A DNA stretch of 32,000 nucleotides. It comes from Candidatus Nitrospira inopinata. Lineage in GTDB: Bacteria; Nitrospirota; Nitrospiria; Nitrospirales; Nitrospiraceae. Of the stretch, positions 15,719 through 24,704 are shown one piece after another (the first letter of the stretch is position 1; the number at the start of each line of letters is the position of its first letter). Below the pieces are notes generated by a model. The model ran no database searches. It was not told the origin of the DNA and saw nothing but the letters and a program-made list of their open reading frames with translations. Both the position numbers and the translations under genes were made by a program. The stretch lies in the NCBI RefSeq assembly GCF_001458695.1, contig NZ_LN885086.1:1380001-1412000 (forward strand). Direction: 5' to 3'.

Positions 15719-16003
15719 TCAGGCATGTCCTGAGGAGGTTGACTCGGCCCGGGAGAGCACTTGAGCGAACCGACGGCCGACGATGTCGGTGACCTTGGCC
15801 ATCAAGTCAGTTACCTCTTTCCATTCATTCGGCAACAGATCGCGCTTGAGTTGGGGATGGATGCCCCATTGGGCGTCAACATGCGTTCCTGTTCGGCTCA
15901 CGAGAACGTGGAGAAGTTCTATCTCTCGCGCGGAAGGATCGGAAGTGCGGTCATCGGAGTAATTGTCATCCGCCCGGCCTGGAGTCGAGGGGGTACGTGC
16001 CAT
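15719..16003 (-). CDS. Hypothetical protein (94 aa), disordered acidic N-terminus
   Basis: SD GGAGG lies 7 nt upstream of the ATG at 16003. It is co-directional with and 64 nt upstream of the CMD-family gene. No family recognised. Confidence 0.5.
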   Translation of the reverse strand: MARTPSTPGRADDNYSDDRTSDPSAREIELLHVLVSRTGTHVDAQWGIHPQLKRDLLPNEWKEVTDLMAKVTDIVGRRFAQVLSRAESTSSGHA

Positions 16004-16147
16004 GGAAAGGCCTCCGAAGTTAACAGAATCGTCTCCAATCATACTGCAATCCGTCTTCTGATTGCATGTCCGAGCCGGCATTGAACGAGGTCTCTCCCGC
16101 AATGTATGAGGAAGGCGACAATGTCGAATCGACGCGACAAACAGGAT

Positions 16148-16960
16148 TCAGGAGGAGAGAGGTTCGCTCAGAACCTTGAGCATGGCGTCATGGATATGGC
16201 CGTTGCTTGCCACCAGCTCTTGCCCATAGATGGACAGTTCATTTCCCCGGAAGTCCGTGAGTCGCCCGCCGGCTTCTCGGACGATGATGGAGCCGGCGGC
16301 CATGTCCCAGGGATTGAGTCGGACTTCCCAGAACCCGTCGAAACGTCCGGCCGCCACGTAACACAAATCTAACGCCGCCGACCCCGTGCGTCTAACGCCC
16401 TGCGCCCTGAGGGCGAACTTTGCGAAGTGATCAAGGTTGTTTCTTGGGGAGTCTCTGATGTCGTAGGCAAATCCTGTGACAAGGAGGCTGCCGCCCAGGT
16501 CTTTTGTGCCGGAGACATGGAGAGGACGTCCGTTCAAGCGGGCTCCACGTTTGTCTGTGGCGGAAAACAGTTCGTCTCTCGATGGATCAAAGACTACCCC
16601 CAACAGGCAACGCCCGCGATATTCGACTCCGATGGATACGCAGTAGGTCGGGTATCCATGGGCGAAATTTGTCGTGCCGTCGAGTGGATCGATGATCCAG
16701 AGATAAGGCGAGGAGGACGCCTGATCGCGCCCGCGTTCTTCGGCAAGGAAACCGTGGTCGGGGAAGTGCTCACGGACATAATCGATAATACATCGCTCCG
16801 CGGCATGGTCGGCGTCCGTTACCAGGTTGATCGGACTTTTATGCTCGACGTGAAATCCTGAGCGAGCATAGTCCAGAAGAAGCGCACCGGCCTGCCTTGC
16901 GGCATTGACGGCGACTGTTAATAGCGACTCGGTCGGAATTGGATCGGCGGAAGTTGTCAT
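16148..16960 (-). CDS. suhB: Inositol monophosphatase family protein (SuhB-like)
   Basis: 'FLAEERG', 'WIIDPLDGTTNFAHG' and 'GSAALDLCYVAAGRFDGFWE' are IMPase signature blocks. The start was chosen by homolog N-terminal length (no clear SD). Confidence 0.9.
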   Translation of the reverse strand: MTTSADPIPTESLLTVAVNAARQAGALLLDYARSGFHVEHKSPINLVTDADHAAERCIIDYVREHFPDHGFLAEERGRDQASSSPYLWIIDPLDGTTNFAHGYPTYCVSIGVEYRGRCLLGVVFDPSRDELFSATDKRGARLNGRPLHVSGTKDLGGSLLVTGFAYDIRDSPRNNLDHFAKFALRAQGVRRTGSAALDLCYVAAGRFDGFWEVRLNPWDMAAGSIIVREAGGRLTDFRGNELSIYGQELVASNGHIHDAMLKVLSEPLSS

Positions 16961-17154
16961 GAAAAATGATACCGTCGGCTCGATCCCATTCCCCACTCAC
17001 GCTTTATGAGGCAAAAAGAAAGGGGGCCGTTATGAATCTGTTGAACATTTGCGATCAGCATATATTGACAAGGCTTGTACATTCAATACGCAAAAATCTT
17101 ACTTGCGAGAGACAATACGGTTTCAGAATAGCATTATTTCTGTAACTAATATTG

Positions 17155-17183
17155 TTGACAGAGTCAGCAAGCAATGCTATAAA
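17155..17183 (+). promoter_or_regulatory. Near-consensus sigma70 promoter (TTGACA-17 nt-TATAAA) for the HARE-HTH-like gene
   Basis: TTGACA at 17155-17160, a 17-nt spacer, and TATAAA at 17178-17183. SD CAGGAG and the GTG start at 17210 follow. Confidence 0.55.
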
Positions 17184-17185
17184 GC

Positions 17186-17195
17186 AAGCATGCTT
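17186..17195. promoter_or_regulatory. Perfect 10-bp palindrome AAGCATGCTT at the predicted transcription start; candidate operator
   Basis: Read directly from the sequence. It sits 3 nt after the -10 element. The neighbouring GCAAGCA motif occurs twice. Confidence 0.3.
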
Positions 17196-17209
17196 TACAG
17201 GAGATACTA

Positions 17210-17722
17210 GTGGAAGAGCTGACTGATATTCTTGTTGGCCTTGAACAACGGATCAATGCCTATAAGAGTAGGCTGCAAGAATTGGAAAAGAAGCGGCGTC
17301 GTCTCGACGACGAAATCGCCACGATCAAGAAATATCTCGAGCTTGCCGAAACGCTCTATCGAGTCGAAGCGGACAAAGTCAAATTAGCTAGTCTTTCCAA
17401 TCAATTGATTACGGACGATCCGAAAAGTGTTCGACCTCTTCCCGTTATGGATGTGACCGATCAATCCCGAGAAATCCTCCTGGGGCGCAGTAAATATGTG
17501 GGCAAAAGCGTTCCAGAAGCGGCATACGAAATACTTCGCGAATCCAATCGCCCGATGCATGCAAAAGAGCTTGTGCAGCGGCTGGTTGAAGGTGGATTGC
17601 AGATCAGGGGGAAAACTCCCCTGACATCGATCGCCACCTCGTTGAAACGTGATAAACGCTTCAGAAAGGTCGGGCCGAATACATTCGAGGCCCTGGATAA
17701 CGTTCTGACTCAAGCAGTGTGA
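17210..17722 (+). CDS. Coiled-coil protein with C-terminal HARE-HTH-like winged-helix domain
   Basis: N-terminal heptad-rich segment 'LQELEKKRRRLDDEIATIKKYLELAETLY'. The C-terminal 'AAYEILRESNRPMHAKELVQRLVEGG...GKTPLTSIATSLKRDKRFRKVGPNTFEAL' matches the HARE-HTH pattern seen in RpoE-delta and restriction-enzyme N-termini. The gene is visibly AT-richer than its neighbours. Confidence 0.6.
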   Translation: MEELTDILVGLEQRINAYKSRLQELEKKRRRLDDEIATIKKYLELAETLYRVEADKVKLASLSNQLITDDPKSVRPLPVMDVTDQSREILLGRSKYVGKSVPEAAYEILRESNRPMHAKELVQRLVEGGLQIRGKTPLTSIATSLKRDKRFRKVGPNTFEALDNVLTQAV

Positions 17723-17836
17723 TAAGGGATTGACGGTGTGTTCGTAACCACAAACCGGCGAAGGGGGGTGAGACTCTTGGCAACGAAGAAAGCAGCGACG
17801 AAAAAGAAAAAGAAGTAGTTCCCGCCGTAAACTGAA

Positions 17837-17866
17837 CGCCGGGGGTGAGTGGCCTCACGCCCGGCG
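17837..17866. terminator. Hairpin between the HARE-HTH gene region and convergent lpxC (13-bp stem with one mismatch)
   Basis: CGCCGGGGGTGAG-tggc-CTCACGCCCGGCG. Weakly T-rich flanks on both strands suggest a possible bidirectional terminator. Confidence 0.45.
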
Positions 17867-17950
17867 TCGGTGTCTTCTGCGAGAGTCCGTATACTTTTTT
17901 CAAGAAGGCATACCTATCGGCCGCCAGACGAGCGCGAAAAGCTGGGGCTG

Positions 17951-18874
17951 TTACAACGTTTGGAGGGCGACAGAGTGTTGAAGACGCGATGTCCGTTGGG
18001 ATTGCGGCTTCTCCTCTCCGAGCGATTCCGCGTTGAGCAGGATCCATTTTTCAGGCTGCTCGAGAATTTGCTGAACCAACCTGGCGTGGAGCGCGTGCCC
18101 CGACCGTTCCGCAATGATGTGGCCGATGAACGACGCGCCGAGAAGCGAAAAATCACCGACAAGGTCCAGGACCTTGTGACGGACGAACTCGTTAAGAAAT
18201 CGAAGTCCTGATTGGTTCACAATTCCGTCTTTCGACAAGACAACCGTGTTGTCGAGCGTCCCCCCTTTGCCAAGACCGCGGGCCCATAACGCTTGGACCT
18301 CGTGGAGAAATCCGAAGGTTCTTGCTTCCGAGATTTGGCTCTCATAGGCGTGCGGGGAACATTCATAAGTATAGGTCTGTGTATTGATCAACGGATGATC
18401 GTACTGAATCGAATACGTGATGCGAGCGGTGGAAGACGGCTCGATCCGAACGCGTTTCGCTCCTTCCGCCACTTCAATCGGAGCCATGATTTTCAAGAAC
18501 GGTTGCTTGCGCTCTTGGGTGATCAGGCCAACGGAGCGAATTAAACGGACGAAAGCCGCCGCGCTGCCATCCATGACAGGAATTTCATCGCCGGTCACGT
18601 CAATATAGACGTTATCCACCTCAAGGCCTGCCAGAGCGGAAAGCACATGCTCAATGGTTTTGACCTGGAAACCGTGACCATAGACGGCGGTGCATAACTC
18701 GGTCGGAACATAGTGCTCGATCGACGCTACAATGGAAGCTTCGCCATTTCTCTTCACGAATACCACACCGGTATCGGGAGGAGCAGGCCGGAGGGTGATC
18801 GTCGTCGATTGTCCGGAATGAAGCCCTACGCCCGAACAAGTGACCTCCGATGCCAAAGTCTGTTGATTTCTCAC
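17951..18874 (-). CDS. lpxC: UDP-3-O-acyl-N-acetylglucosamine deacetylase
   Basis: 'SGVGLHSGQSTTITLRPA..DTGVVF', 'TIEHVLSALAGLEVDN' and 'EIPVMDGSA' are LpxC blocks. GTG start with SD GGGAGGA. Confidence 0.95.
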   Translation of the reverse strand: MRNQQTLASEVTCSGVGLHSGQSTTITLRPAPPDTGVVFVKRNGEASIVASIEHYVPTELCTAVYGHGFQVKTIEHVLSALAGLEVDNVYIDVTGDEIPVMDGSAAAFVRLIRSVGLITQERKQPFLKIMAPIEVAEGAKRVRIEPSSTARITYSIQYDHPLINTQTYTYECSPHAYESQISEARTFGFLHEVQALWARGLGKGGTLDNTVVLSKDGIVNQSGLRFLNEFVRHKVLDLVGDFSLLGASFIGHIIAERSGHALHARLVQQILEQPEKWILLNAESLGEEKPQSQRTSRLQHSVALQTL

Positions 18875-19405
18875 AATTTCCTCCCTCTTTAAATCTAATC
18901 TTCAGGGTTTCCGCGTAGAGCTGCAGAAACAATCGTGATACAGGTTAAAGCAATTCACGTGCCAATTTTGAATTTATCTAAGTTTTTGTTTTATTGATGA
19001 AACAACTCATGTCTCCAGAAAAATTATTGTGTTGTAAAAATCACAACTGTGGTTTTTCCAAGCTGGCGAACATTCGGAAAATGGACGGGATGCGAGAAGA
19101 TGGGGAATCGGAAGGAAAAAGATCCTGTCGCCATACCGAGTCGAGGTCTGCGCGTCGGATATGCCCAAATCTTCGACTGATTTGGAGAGATGAATTGCAT
19201 CAGCACTGGCAGGGTATGTCGACCTTAGGGGAAAAGAAGCAATTCCTCCGAGCAAGAAGCTTTTTCCAACAGGCGCATGGCCTGGCTGATCAGTGCAAGG
19301 ATGAATGGTTGATGGCTCAGATTGCATCTCCGCTGTGAATCGGAGTGGACTTGTGTCAATGTCACTTGAGGTCTTGGGAGAAGCGGAGTACATATCACAA
19401 GAAAA

Positions 19406-19423
19406 CATTATCCACATTATCCA
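19406..19423. repeat. Tandem direct repeat CATTATCCA x2 about 50 nt upstream of sdhC
   Basis: Read directly: cattatccacattatcca. Confidence 0.6.
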
Positions 19424-19474
19424 GACGCGCCATGATGAAGGAAGTTCTTTATCAAGAAGTAAGTATCGGAGACG

Positions 19475-20155
19475 ATGAGTCGAGTCAAAGTTTTTTTCAA
19501 TTCTTCGGTGAATAGCAAAATCGTCGCCTCCTTGGCCGGCCTGGGCCTTGTAGGGTTCGTGATCTTTCACATGTTGGGCAATCTGCAGGTGTTTGAGGGC
19601 GGCGACGCCATCAATGGATACGCTTCCTTCTTGCGGGACATGCCAATTCTCCTGTGGACCGCGCGGGCTGGGCTGCTGGTCGCGGCGGGGGTCCATGTGG
19701 GACTGACGCTTCGGCTTGCCCTGCGGAACCGCCAGGGGCGTCCCGTCGCCTATGCTGCGCGCCGGTATCGCGCCGCTTCCGTGGCCTCGCGAACTATGGC
19801 GCTGACCGGAAGCCTCCTCTTGGTGTTTATTTTCTTTCATGTGCTGCATCTCACGGTCGGGATCATCGATCCTTCCGCTCCCGATGGTCTCGATATACAG
19901 GGTCGTGTGGATGTCTATAAAAAAATCATCCACGCCTTTAACAATCCGTTGTATGTGGGAATTTATGTGTGCGGACAACTGGCTCTTGGATTGCACTTGA
20001 GCCATGCCGTCTCCAGCGCCTTCCAAACATGGGGGATTGAGCATGCGGCGCTCGACCGGTTGCTCAAGTTGGCGGGCCCCGGTGTGGCTCTGTTCGTCGT
20101 CCTTGGCAACCTGGCGATTATTTTCGCGGTCTTCTTGGGATTGCTTCGCGCATGA
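19475..20155 (+). CDS. sdhC: Succinate dehydrogenase/fumarate reductase cytochrome b subunit (b558 family, single large anchor)
   Basis: 226 aa and 5 TM-like segments, with '[34 protein letters not shown]'. A 4-nt ATGA overlap joins it to the flavoprotein gene. Confidence 0.85.
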   Translation: MSRVKVFFNSSVNSKIVASLAGLGLVGFVIFHMLGNLQVFEGGDAINGYASFLRDMPILLWTARAGLLVAAGVHVGLTLRLALRNRQGRPVAYAARRYRAASVASRTMALTGSLLLVFIFFHVLHLTVGIIDPSAPDGLDIQGRVDVYKKIIHAFNNPLYVGIYVCGQLALGLHLSHAVSSAFQTWGIEHAALDRLLKLAGPGVALFVVLGNLAIIFAVFLGLLRA

Positions 20156-22068
20156 TCACGTTGGACCCCAAAGTGCCTCCCGGTCCTCTGGAGATGAAAT
20201 GGGATCGCCGCCGTTTCAGCGGACAGTTGGTGAGCCCTGCCAACAAGCGGCGGATCAAGATCATCGTCGTCGGCACCGGCCTTGCGGGAGCCAGTGCCGC
20301 GTCGACCTTGGGGCAGCTCGGCTATCAGGTCGAGTGTTTTTGCTTCCATGACAGCCCTCGACGCGCGCACAGTATCGCCGCGCAAGGCGGCATCAATGCC
20401 GCGAAGAATTATCAAGATGACGGCGACAGTGTCGCCCGGCTGTTTTACGACACGATCAAAGGCGGAGATTTTCGGTCACGTGAGGCGAATGTCTATCGAT
20501 TGGCTCAAATCAGCACGCAAATCATCGATCAGTGCGTGGCGCTGGGCGTTCCGTTTGCGAGAGAATATGGAGGACAACTGGCCAATCGTTCGTTCGGCGG
20601 GGTGCAAGTGTCGCGCACCTTTTATTGCCGGGGCCAAACAGGACAGCAACTGCTGCTGGGAGCCTACTCGGCGCTCTGTTGGCAAATCGAACGGGGGCAG
20701 GTCACGATGCGTTCGCATACCGAAATGCTCGACGTCATTGTGGCCGATGGCCATGCTCGCGGCATCATAGTCCGCGACCTGGTCACAGGACGACTCTCGG
20801 CCCACACCGCCCATGCTGTCGTGTTGGCGACAGGCGGGTACAGCAACGTCTATTATCTGTCCACCAATGCCAGCGGTTGTAATGTGACGGCGACCTACCG
20901 GGCTTGGAAACAAGGGGCCGCGTTTGCGAATCCTTCCTTCACCCAGATCCATCCCACGGCCATTCCGCCGGTCGGCGACCATCAGGCGAAGCTGACGTTG
21001 ATGTCCGAATCGCTTCGGAACGACGGACGGATCTGGGTGCCCGTTTCGCCGTCCGATCGTCGGCCTCCACATGCCATTCCACCGTCCGAGCGGGATTACT
21101 TTCTGGAGCGCCGCTACCCTCGGTTCGGCAATCTGGTGCCGCGGGACGTCGCGTCGCGAGCCGTCAAGGCCATCTGTGACGAGGGCTGCGGCGTCGGTCC
21201 AGGCGGCCAAGGGGTCTACTTGGATTTCAGCGACGTGATCCGGCAACAGGGGATCGACGTCGTGCGGGAGCGGTATGGAAATTTGTTTGAGATGTACCAA
21301 CGGATTACCGGAGAAGACGCCTATCAGGTTCCCATGCGCATCTATCCTGCGCCTCATTACACGATGGGGGGCCTGTGGGTCGATTATAATCTGATGAGCA
21401 CCATCCCCGGCCTCTTCGTGATCGGCGAAGCGAACTTCGCCGACCACGGGGCCAACCGGTTGGGCGCCAGTTCGCTGATGCAAGGGTTGGCCGACGGATA
21501 TTTCATCTTGCCGTACACGATCGGCCATTACCTCGCGACGGTCAACAGCCCGCCGATCACGGAAGATCACGGTGCAGCGCGGGCGGCGCTGGAGCGGGTC
21601 GAAGCCAGGCTCAGGAAACTGTTGCAAGGGAAGGGCAGGCGGCGGACCGCCTCCTCGTTTCATCGGGCGCTGGGAAAGATCCTGTGGGACCATTGCGGCA
21701 TGTCTCGCTGCGCGGCCGGGCTTCGAGGGGCCCTGGAAGCGATTCCATCGTTGCGCGAGGAGTTTTGGCGGGACGTCGTCGTGCCGGGATCGGGAGAGGC
21801 GTTCAATCAAGCACTGGAGTATGCCGGACGGGTGGCGGATTTTCTGGAGTTCGCCGAGCTGATGTGTCACGACGCGCTCCATCGGGAGGAGTCGTGCGGG
21901 GCCCATTTCCGGGAGGAGTATCAAACGGAAGAAGGCGAACCCCGCAGAGACGACGATCGGTTTGCCCATGTCGCGGCATGGGAGTATCAGGAAGGAGAGG
22001 TTCCGGTTCTGCACAAGGAGCCGCTCAACTTCGAATTTGTGCAACCGACCACGCGAAGCTATCAGTGA
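20152..22068 (+). CDS. sdhA: Succinate dehydrogenase/fumarate reductase flavoprotein subunit
   Basis: '[14 protein letters not shown]', '[14 protein letters not shown]' (covalent FAD His) and '[10 protein letters not shown]' blocks. Confidence 0.95.
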   Translation: MITLDPKVPPGPLEMKWDRRRFSGQLVSPANKRRIKIIVVGTGLAGASAASTLGQLGYQVECFCFHDSPRRAHSIAAQGGINAAKNYQDDGDSVARLFYDTIKGGDFRSREANVYRLAQISTQIIDQCVALGVPFAREYGGQLANRSFGGVQVSRTFYCRGQTGQQLLLGAYSALCWQIERGQVTMRSHTEMLDVIVADGHARGIIVRDLVTGRLSAHTAHAVVLATGGYSNVYYLSTNASGCNVTATYRAWKQGAAFANPSFTQIHPTAIPPVGDHQAKLTLMSESLRNDGRIWVPVSPSDRRPPHAIPPSERDYFLERRYPRFGNLVPRDVASRAVKAICDEGCGVGPGGQGVYLDFSDVIRQQGIDVVRERYGNLFEMYQRITGEDAYQVPMRIYPAPHYTMGGLWVDYNLMSTIPGLFVIGEANFADHGANRLGASSLMQGLADGYFILPYTIGHYLATVNSPPITEDHGAARAALERVEARLRKLLQGKGRRRTASSFHRALGKILWDHCGMSRCAAGLRGALEAIPSLREEFWRDVVVPGSGEAFNQALEYAGRVADFLEFAELMCHDALHREESCGAHFREEYQTEEGEPRRDDDRFAHVAAWEYQEGEVPVLHKEPLNFEFVQPTTRSYQ

Positions 22069-22138
22069 CGGCCGTCGTCAGGCGTCCGGGTGAAGCGGGC
22101 TGTGGGCGGGGATGGGACGGGAGGGCCGGCGGAGAATC

Positions 22139-22927
22139 ATGAAATTCACGTTGCGAATCTGGCGACAGCGGGGACCGAACGAGCGAGGCGGGTTTGTGAC
22201 CTACTCGGTCGATGAGGTGAGCCCCGACATGTCGTTCTTGGAGATGCTGGACGCGCTCAATCAACGGTTGATCGCGGCGAGCGAGGAGCCCGTGGCGTTT
22301 GAGCATGACTGCCGTGAAGGGATCTGCGGGAGCTGTTCGCTCGTGATCGACGGGGTGCCCCACGGTCCCGATCGCGGGGTGACCGCCTGCCAACTGTACA
22401 TGCGCCGATTCGCCGACGAAAAAACGATCACGATCGAACCGTGGAGGGCCAAGGCCTTTCCCATTATCAAAGATCTGGTCGTGGATCGCCGCGCGCTCGA
22501 TCGCATCATGCAGGCGGGCGGCTACATCTCCGTCAACACCGGCGGGGCGGTGGACGGCAACACGTTGCTGATCGGCAAGGAAGAGGCGGAAACAGCGATG
22601 GATGCGGCTTCTTGCATCGGATGCGGCGCCTGCGTCGCGGCCTGCAAAAACGCCTCGGCCATGTTGTTCGTGGCGGCCAAGGTGTCGCATCTCGTGACGC
22701 TGCCGCAAGGGAAACCGGAACGGACCCGACGTGTTATGGCCATGGTGCAAGCCATGGATCGGGAGGGGTTCGGGTCCTGCGGCAATCAGTATGAGTGTGA
22801 AGCCGTGTGCCCGAAACACGTCAGCGTCCGCTTCATCGCCATGCTGAATCGGGAGTACTTGCGGGCGGGCATCCTCGGCACGAGGATGCCCGCCCGGTCC
22901 GATCCACCTCACGGAGAGTCCTCTTAA
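22139..22927 (+). CDS. sdhB: Succinate dehydrogenase/fumarate reductase iron-sulfur subunit
   Basis: Cys clusters '[11 protein letters not shown]', '[11 protein letters not shown]' and '[12 protein letters not shown]'. The start at '[10 protein letters not shown]' matches homologs. Confidence 0.9.
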   Translation: MKFTLRIWRQRGPNERGGFVTYSVDEVSPDMSFLEMLDALNQRLIAASEEPVAFEHDCREGICGSCSLVIDGVPHGPDRGVTACQLYMRRFADEKTITIEPWRAKAFPIIKDLVVDRRALDRIMQAGGYISVNTGGAVDGNTLLIGKEEAETAMDAASCIGCGACVAACKNASAMLFVAAKVSHLVTLPQGKPERTRRVMAMVQAMDREGFGSCGNQYECEAVCPKHVSVRFIAMLNREYLRAGILGTRMPARSDPPHGESS

Positions 22928-23073
22928 ACCACCGCTTTTCACCCGATACGCATCTTTCCTCGCAAGAGGCGCAATTTCCTTGACTGTGTGGCAAAGGTCG
23001 CTAGTCTGTAATCTCCGTCTCCCGACCCGAATAGAGACGGCGATTAAGCGAAGTTGAATTGAGGTGCGGACGG

Positions 23074-23685
23074 ATGGATCATGAGATGGTATGCCCGCAA
23101 TGTTGGAGGGATGAAGCGTTTCGCTCGCGTCCACAATCGCTGCGGGAGCTGGCTGCGTCGTGGGTTCGATTGGTGCCTTTTTTCTGCCGATCGTGCGGGC
23201 ATCGTTTCTTGGCGTGGGCTGGCGTCGGAACGACATTCGGTTCCATACTTGACCGTCGGGAACACCTTCGCATTCCAGTCAGACTGCGCCTGTCCTTTTC
23301 AGGAGGGAAAATCCGCGGCGAGGGGATGGCGACGGATATTTCTCTCGGAGGCTGTGTGATCAATAGCGACACGCCCGTGTCCGTCGACGACATTTACTAT
23401 TTAGAGATCGTCGTGAGCGAACAGGAACCGCCGATCGAGGTGCCGGCGATCGTTCGCTCGGTCGGCGCCCGCGGCATCGCGTTCAAGTTTCTCCGAAAAG
23501 CCCAGGAAAACAAACGGCTTCTTTCGTTCATCCGTTCTCAGACCGGCTCCATACCGTCGATTCCCTCTAAGACTGCCGGTCTCTATAGAAGCGGTTGCTT
23601 CAACCGGGAAAGCTCTTGCTTGATCGGACAATCCGGTTGCGGTGATCAGCCGGCCAGGCGGGAGAAGCGGTACTCAATAAAATAG
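23074..23685 (+). CDS. PilZ-domain protein with N-terminal zinc-ribbon
   Basis: CPQC...CRSC zinc ribbon. PilZ c-di-GMP motifs RxxxR ('RREHLR') and DxSxxG ('DISLGG'). SD GAGGTG lies before the ATG at 23074. Confidence 0.75.
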   Translation: MDHEMVCPQCWRDEAFRSRPQSLRELAASWVRLVPFFCRSCGHRFLAWAGVGTTFGSILDRREHLRIPVRLRLSFSGGKIRGEGMATDISLGGCVINSDTPVSVDDIYYLEIVVSEQEPPIEVPAIVRSVGARGIAFKFLRKAQENKRLLSFIRSQTGSIPSIPSKTAGLYRSGCFNRESSCLIGQSGCGDQPARREKRYSIK

Positions 23686-23763
23686 CCGTAAAGCCGATAG
23701 AGAGAAAGCATCGACGGGCGAGCGTTCGAACAACCAAATCGACAGACGGAGAGGGAGGGATCC

Positions 23764-24285
23764 ATGTGGAAGCAAGAGAATGCGGCCTACGCGGAAGACG
23801 GGATGACGTTGGATCGGAGGGTCACCACCAGCGGCAGGACGGCGTCGGCCGAGTCGGTGATCGCGTTTGTGGGAAAGGGCGTGGCGTTCAAGGGAGTCAT
23901 TACCTATTCAGGGACGGTGCGGATCGACGGGGCCTTTGACGGAGAGATCCACGCCGATGGCGGGCTCGTGGTCGGCCCGGAAGCGGTGATTACGGCGAAA
24001 GTCACGGCCGGATCCGTCGTATCAGAGGGCACGATCACCGGCGACGTTCAGGCATCCGAGCGGGTCACCTTGCTGTCCCCCGCGGTGATGAACGGGAGCC
24101 TCAAGACGCCGTTACTGTCCATTGAAGAAGGTGTGCGGATGAACGGGACGTTGGAAATGGCGGAATCCGTTCAGAAAAGCGCCTCCCGCGAACACAAAGA
24201 ACACAAACTCTACCCCGTTGGGCCGTCCCCGCGGGCGCCTCTCAAGCGGGAAGAGGATAGGCCGAACAACGACGAAAACACGTGA
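23764..24285 (+). CDS. Bactofilin (polymer-forming cytoskeletal protein, DUF583)
   Basis: Beta-helical repeat core 'FKGVITYSGTVRIDGAFDGEIHADGGLVVGPEAVITAKVTAGSVVSEGTITGDVQASERVTLL'. SD GGGAGGGA is upstream. Confidence 0.85.
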   Translation: MWKQENAAYAEDGMTLDRRVTTSGRTASAESVIAFVGKGVAFKGVITYSGTVRIDGAFDGEIHADGGLVVGPEAVITAKVTAGSVVSEGTITGDVQASERVTLLSPAVMNGSLKTPLLSIEEGVRMNGTLEMAESVQKSASREHKEHKLYPVGPSPRAPLKREEDRPNNDENT

Positions 24286-24301
24286 GCGCTCGTCTGACGG
24301 C

Positions 24302-24352
24302 GGCTGCGGGTTCGTTGGCAACCCGCAGCCGGCACCGACGCGAATCGGTGCC
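24302..24352. terminator. Two back-to-back GC-rich hairpins filling the gap between convergent bactofilin and DUF3703-like genes
   Basis: GGCTGCGGGTT-cgttggc-AACCCGCAGCC, then GGCACCGA-cgcgaa-TCGGTGCC. No U-tract. Confidence 0.4.
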
Positions 24353-24353
24353 G

Positions 24354-24704
24354 TCACCCCCGTCCATATTCTCGCAACAGTTTTTGGAGTTCTTCGGGAA
24401 TGGGCATGGGCTTAAAGGGAGGGACCCGAGCCCCGCCGGTGTTGCCCACCGGAACCCAGACCCACGTGACGAGCAAGGACCCCGCGATTCTCACGATCTG
24501 GCCGGTGATTTCTACTGTATCACGCCGTTTCCATCCCACCTTCAACATCTCCCAATGGGCTCTCGCATGGGGGAGGGTGAACGACTGGCCAAGAATGTGT
24601 GCCCGCTCAAGGTGAGCAAAGGCCTGATCTAAGCGGCCGGCGGCGCAATCCTCTCTTGCGGCGGCCAACTCTCGCTCGTAGGCTTCTCGTAACACAGGGT
24701 GCAT
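24354..24704 (-). CDS. DUF3703-like small protein
   Basis: 'LERAHILGQSFTLPHARAHWEMLKVGWKRRDTVEITGQIVRI' resembles the DUF3703 pattern from memory. Confidence 0.65.
   Translation of the reverse strand: MHPVLREAYERELAAAREDCAAGRLDQAFAHLERAHILGQSFTLPHARAHWEMLKVGWKRRDTVEITGQIVRIAGSLLVTWVWVPVGNTGGARVPPFKPMPIPEELQKLLREYGRG

Noticed and set aside
18994-19338. 114-aa ORF on the plus strand in the lpxC-sdhC intergenic region
   Set aside because: It has no SD upstream of the ATG, atypical composition, and a Cys/His/Arg-rich sequence without a recognisable motif. I treat it as probably non-coding but flag the region as a finding.
19007-20044. 345-aa ORF on the minus strand
   Set aside because: It is antisense to sdhC and crosses the AT-rich intergenic region. 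No SD and implausible composition.
20476-22044. 522-aa ORF on the minus strand
   Set aside because: It lies entirely antisense to the unambiguous sdhA flavoprotein gene. It is Arg/Pro/Gly-rich with no recognisable motifs, a typical shadow ORF of a high-GC gene.
23162-23172. tRNA T-loop-like 'GGTTCGATTGG'
   Set aside because: It is inside the PilZ-protein coding frame. The flanks do not form a T-stem or acceptor stem.
22025-23236. 403-aa ORF on the minus strand
   Set aside because: It is antisense to sdhB and the downstream intergenic region. It has a low-complexity Arg/Pro/His-rich composition, no SD and no family resemblance.
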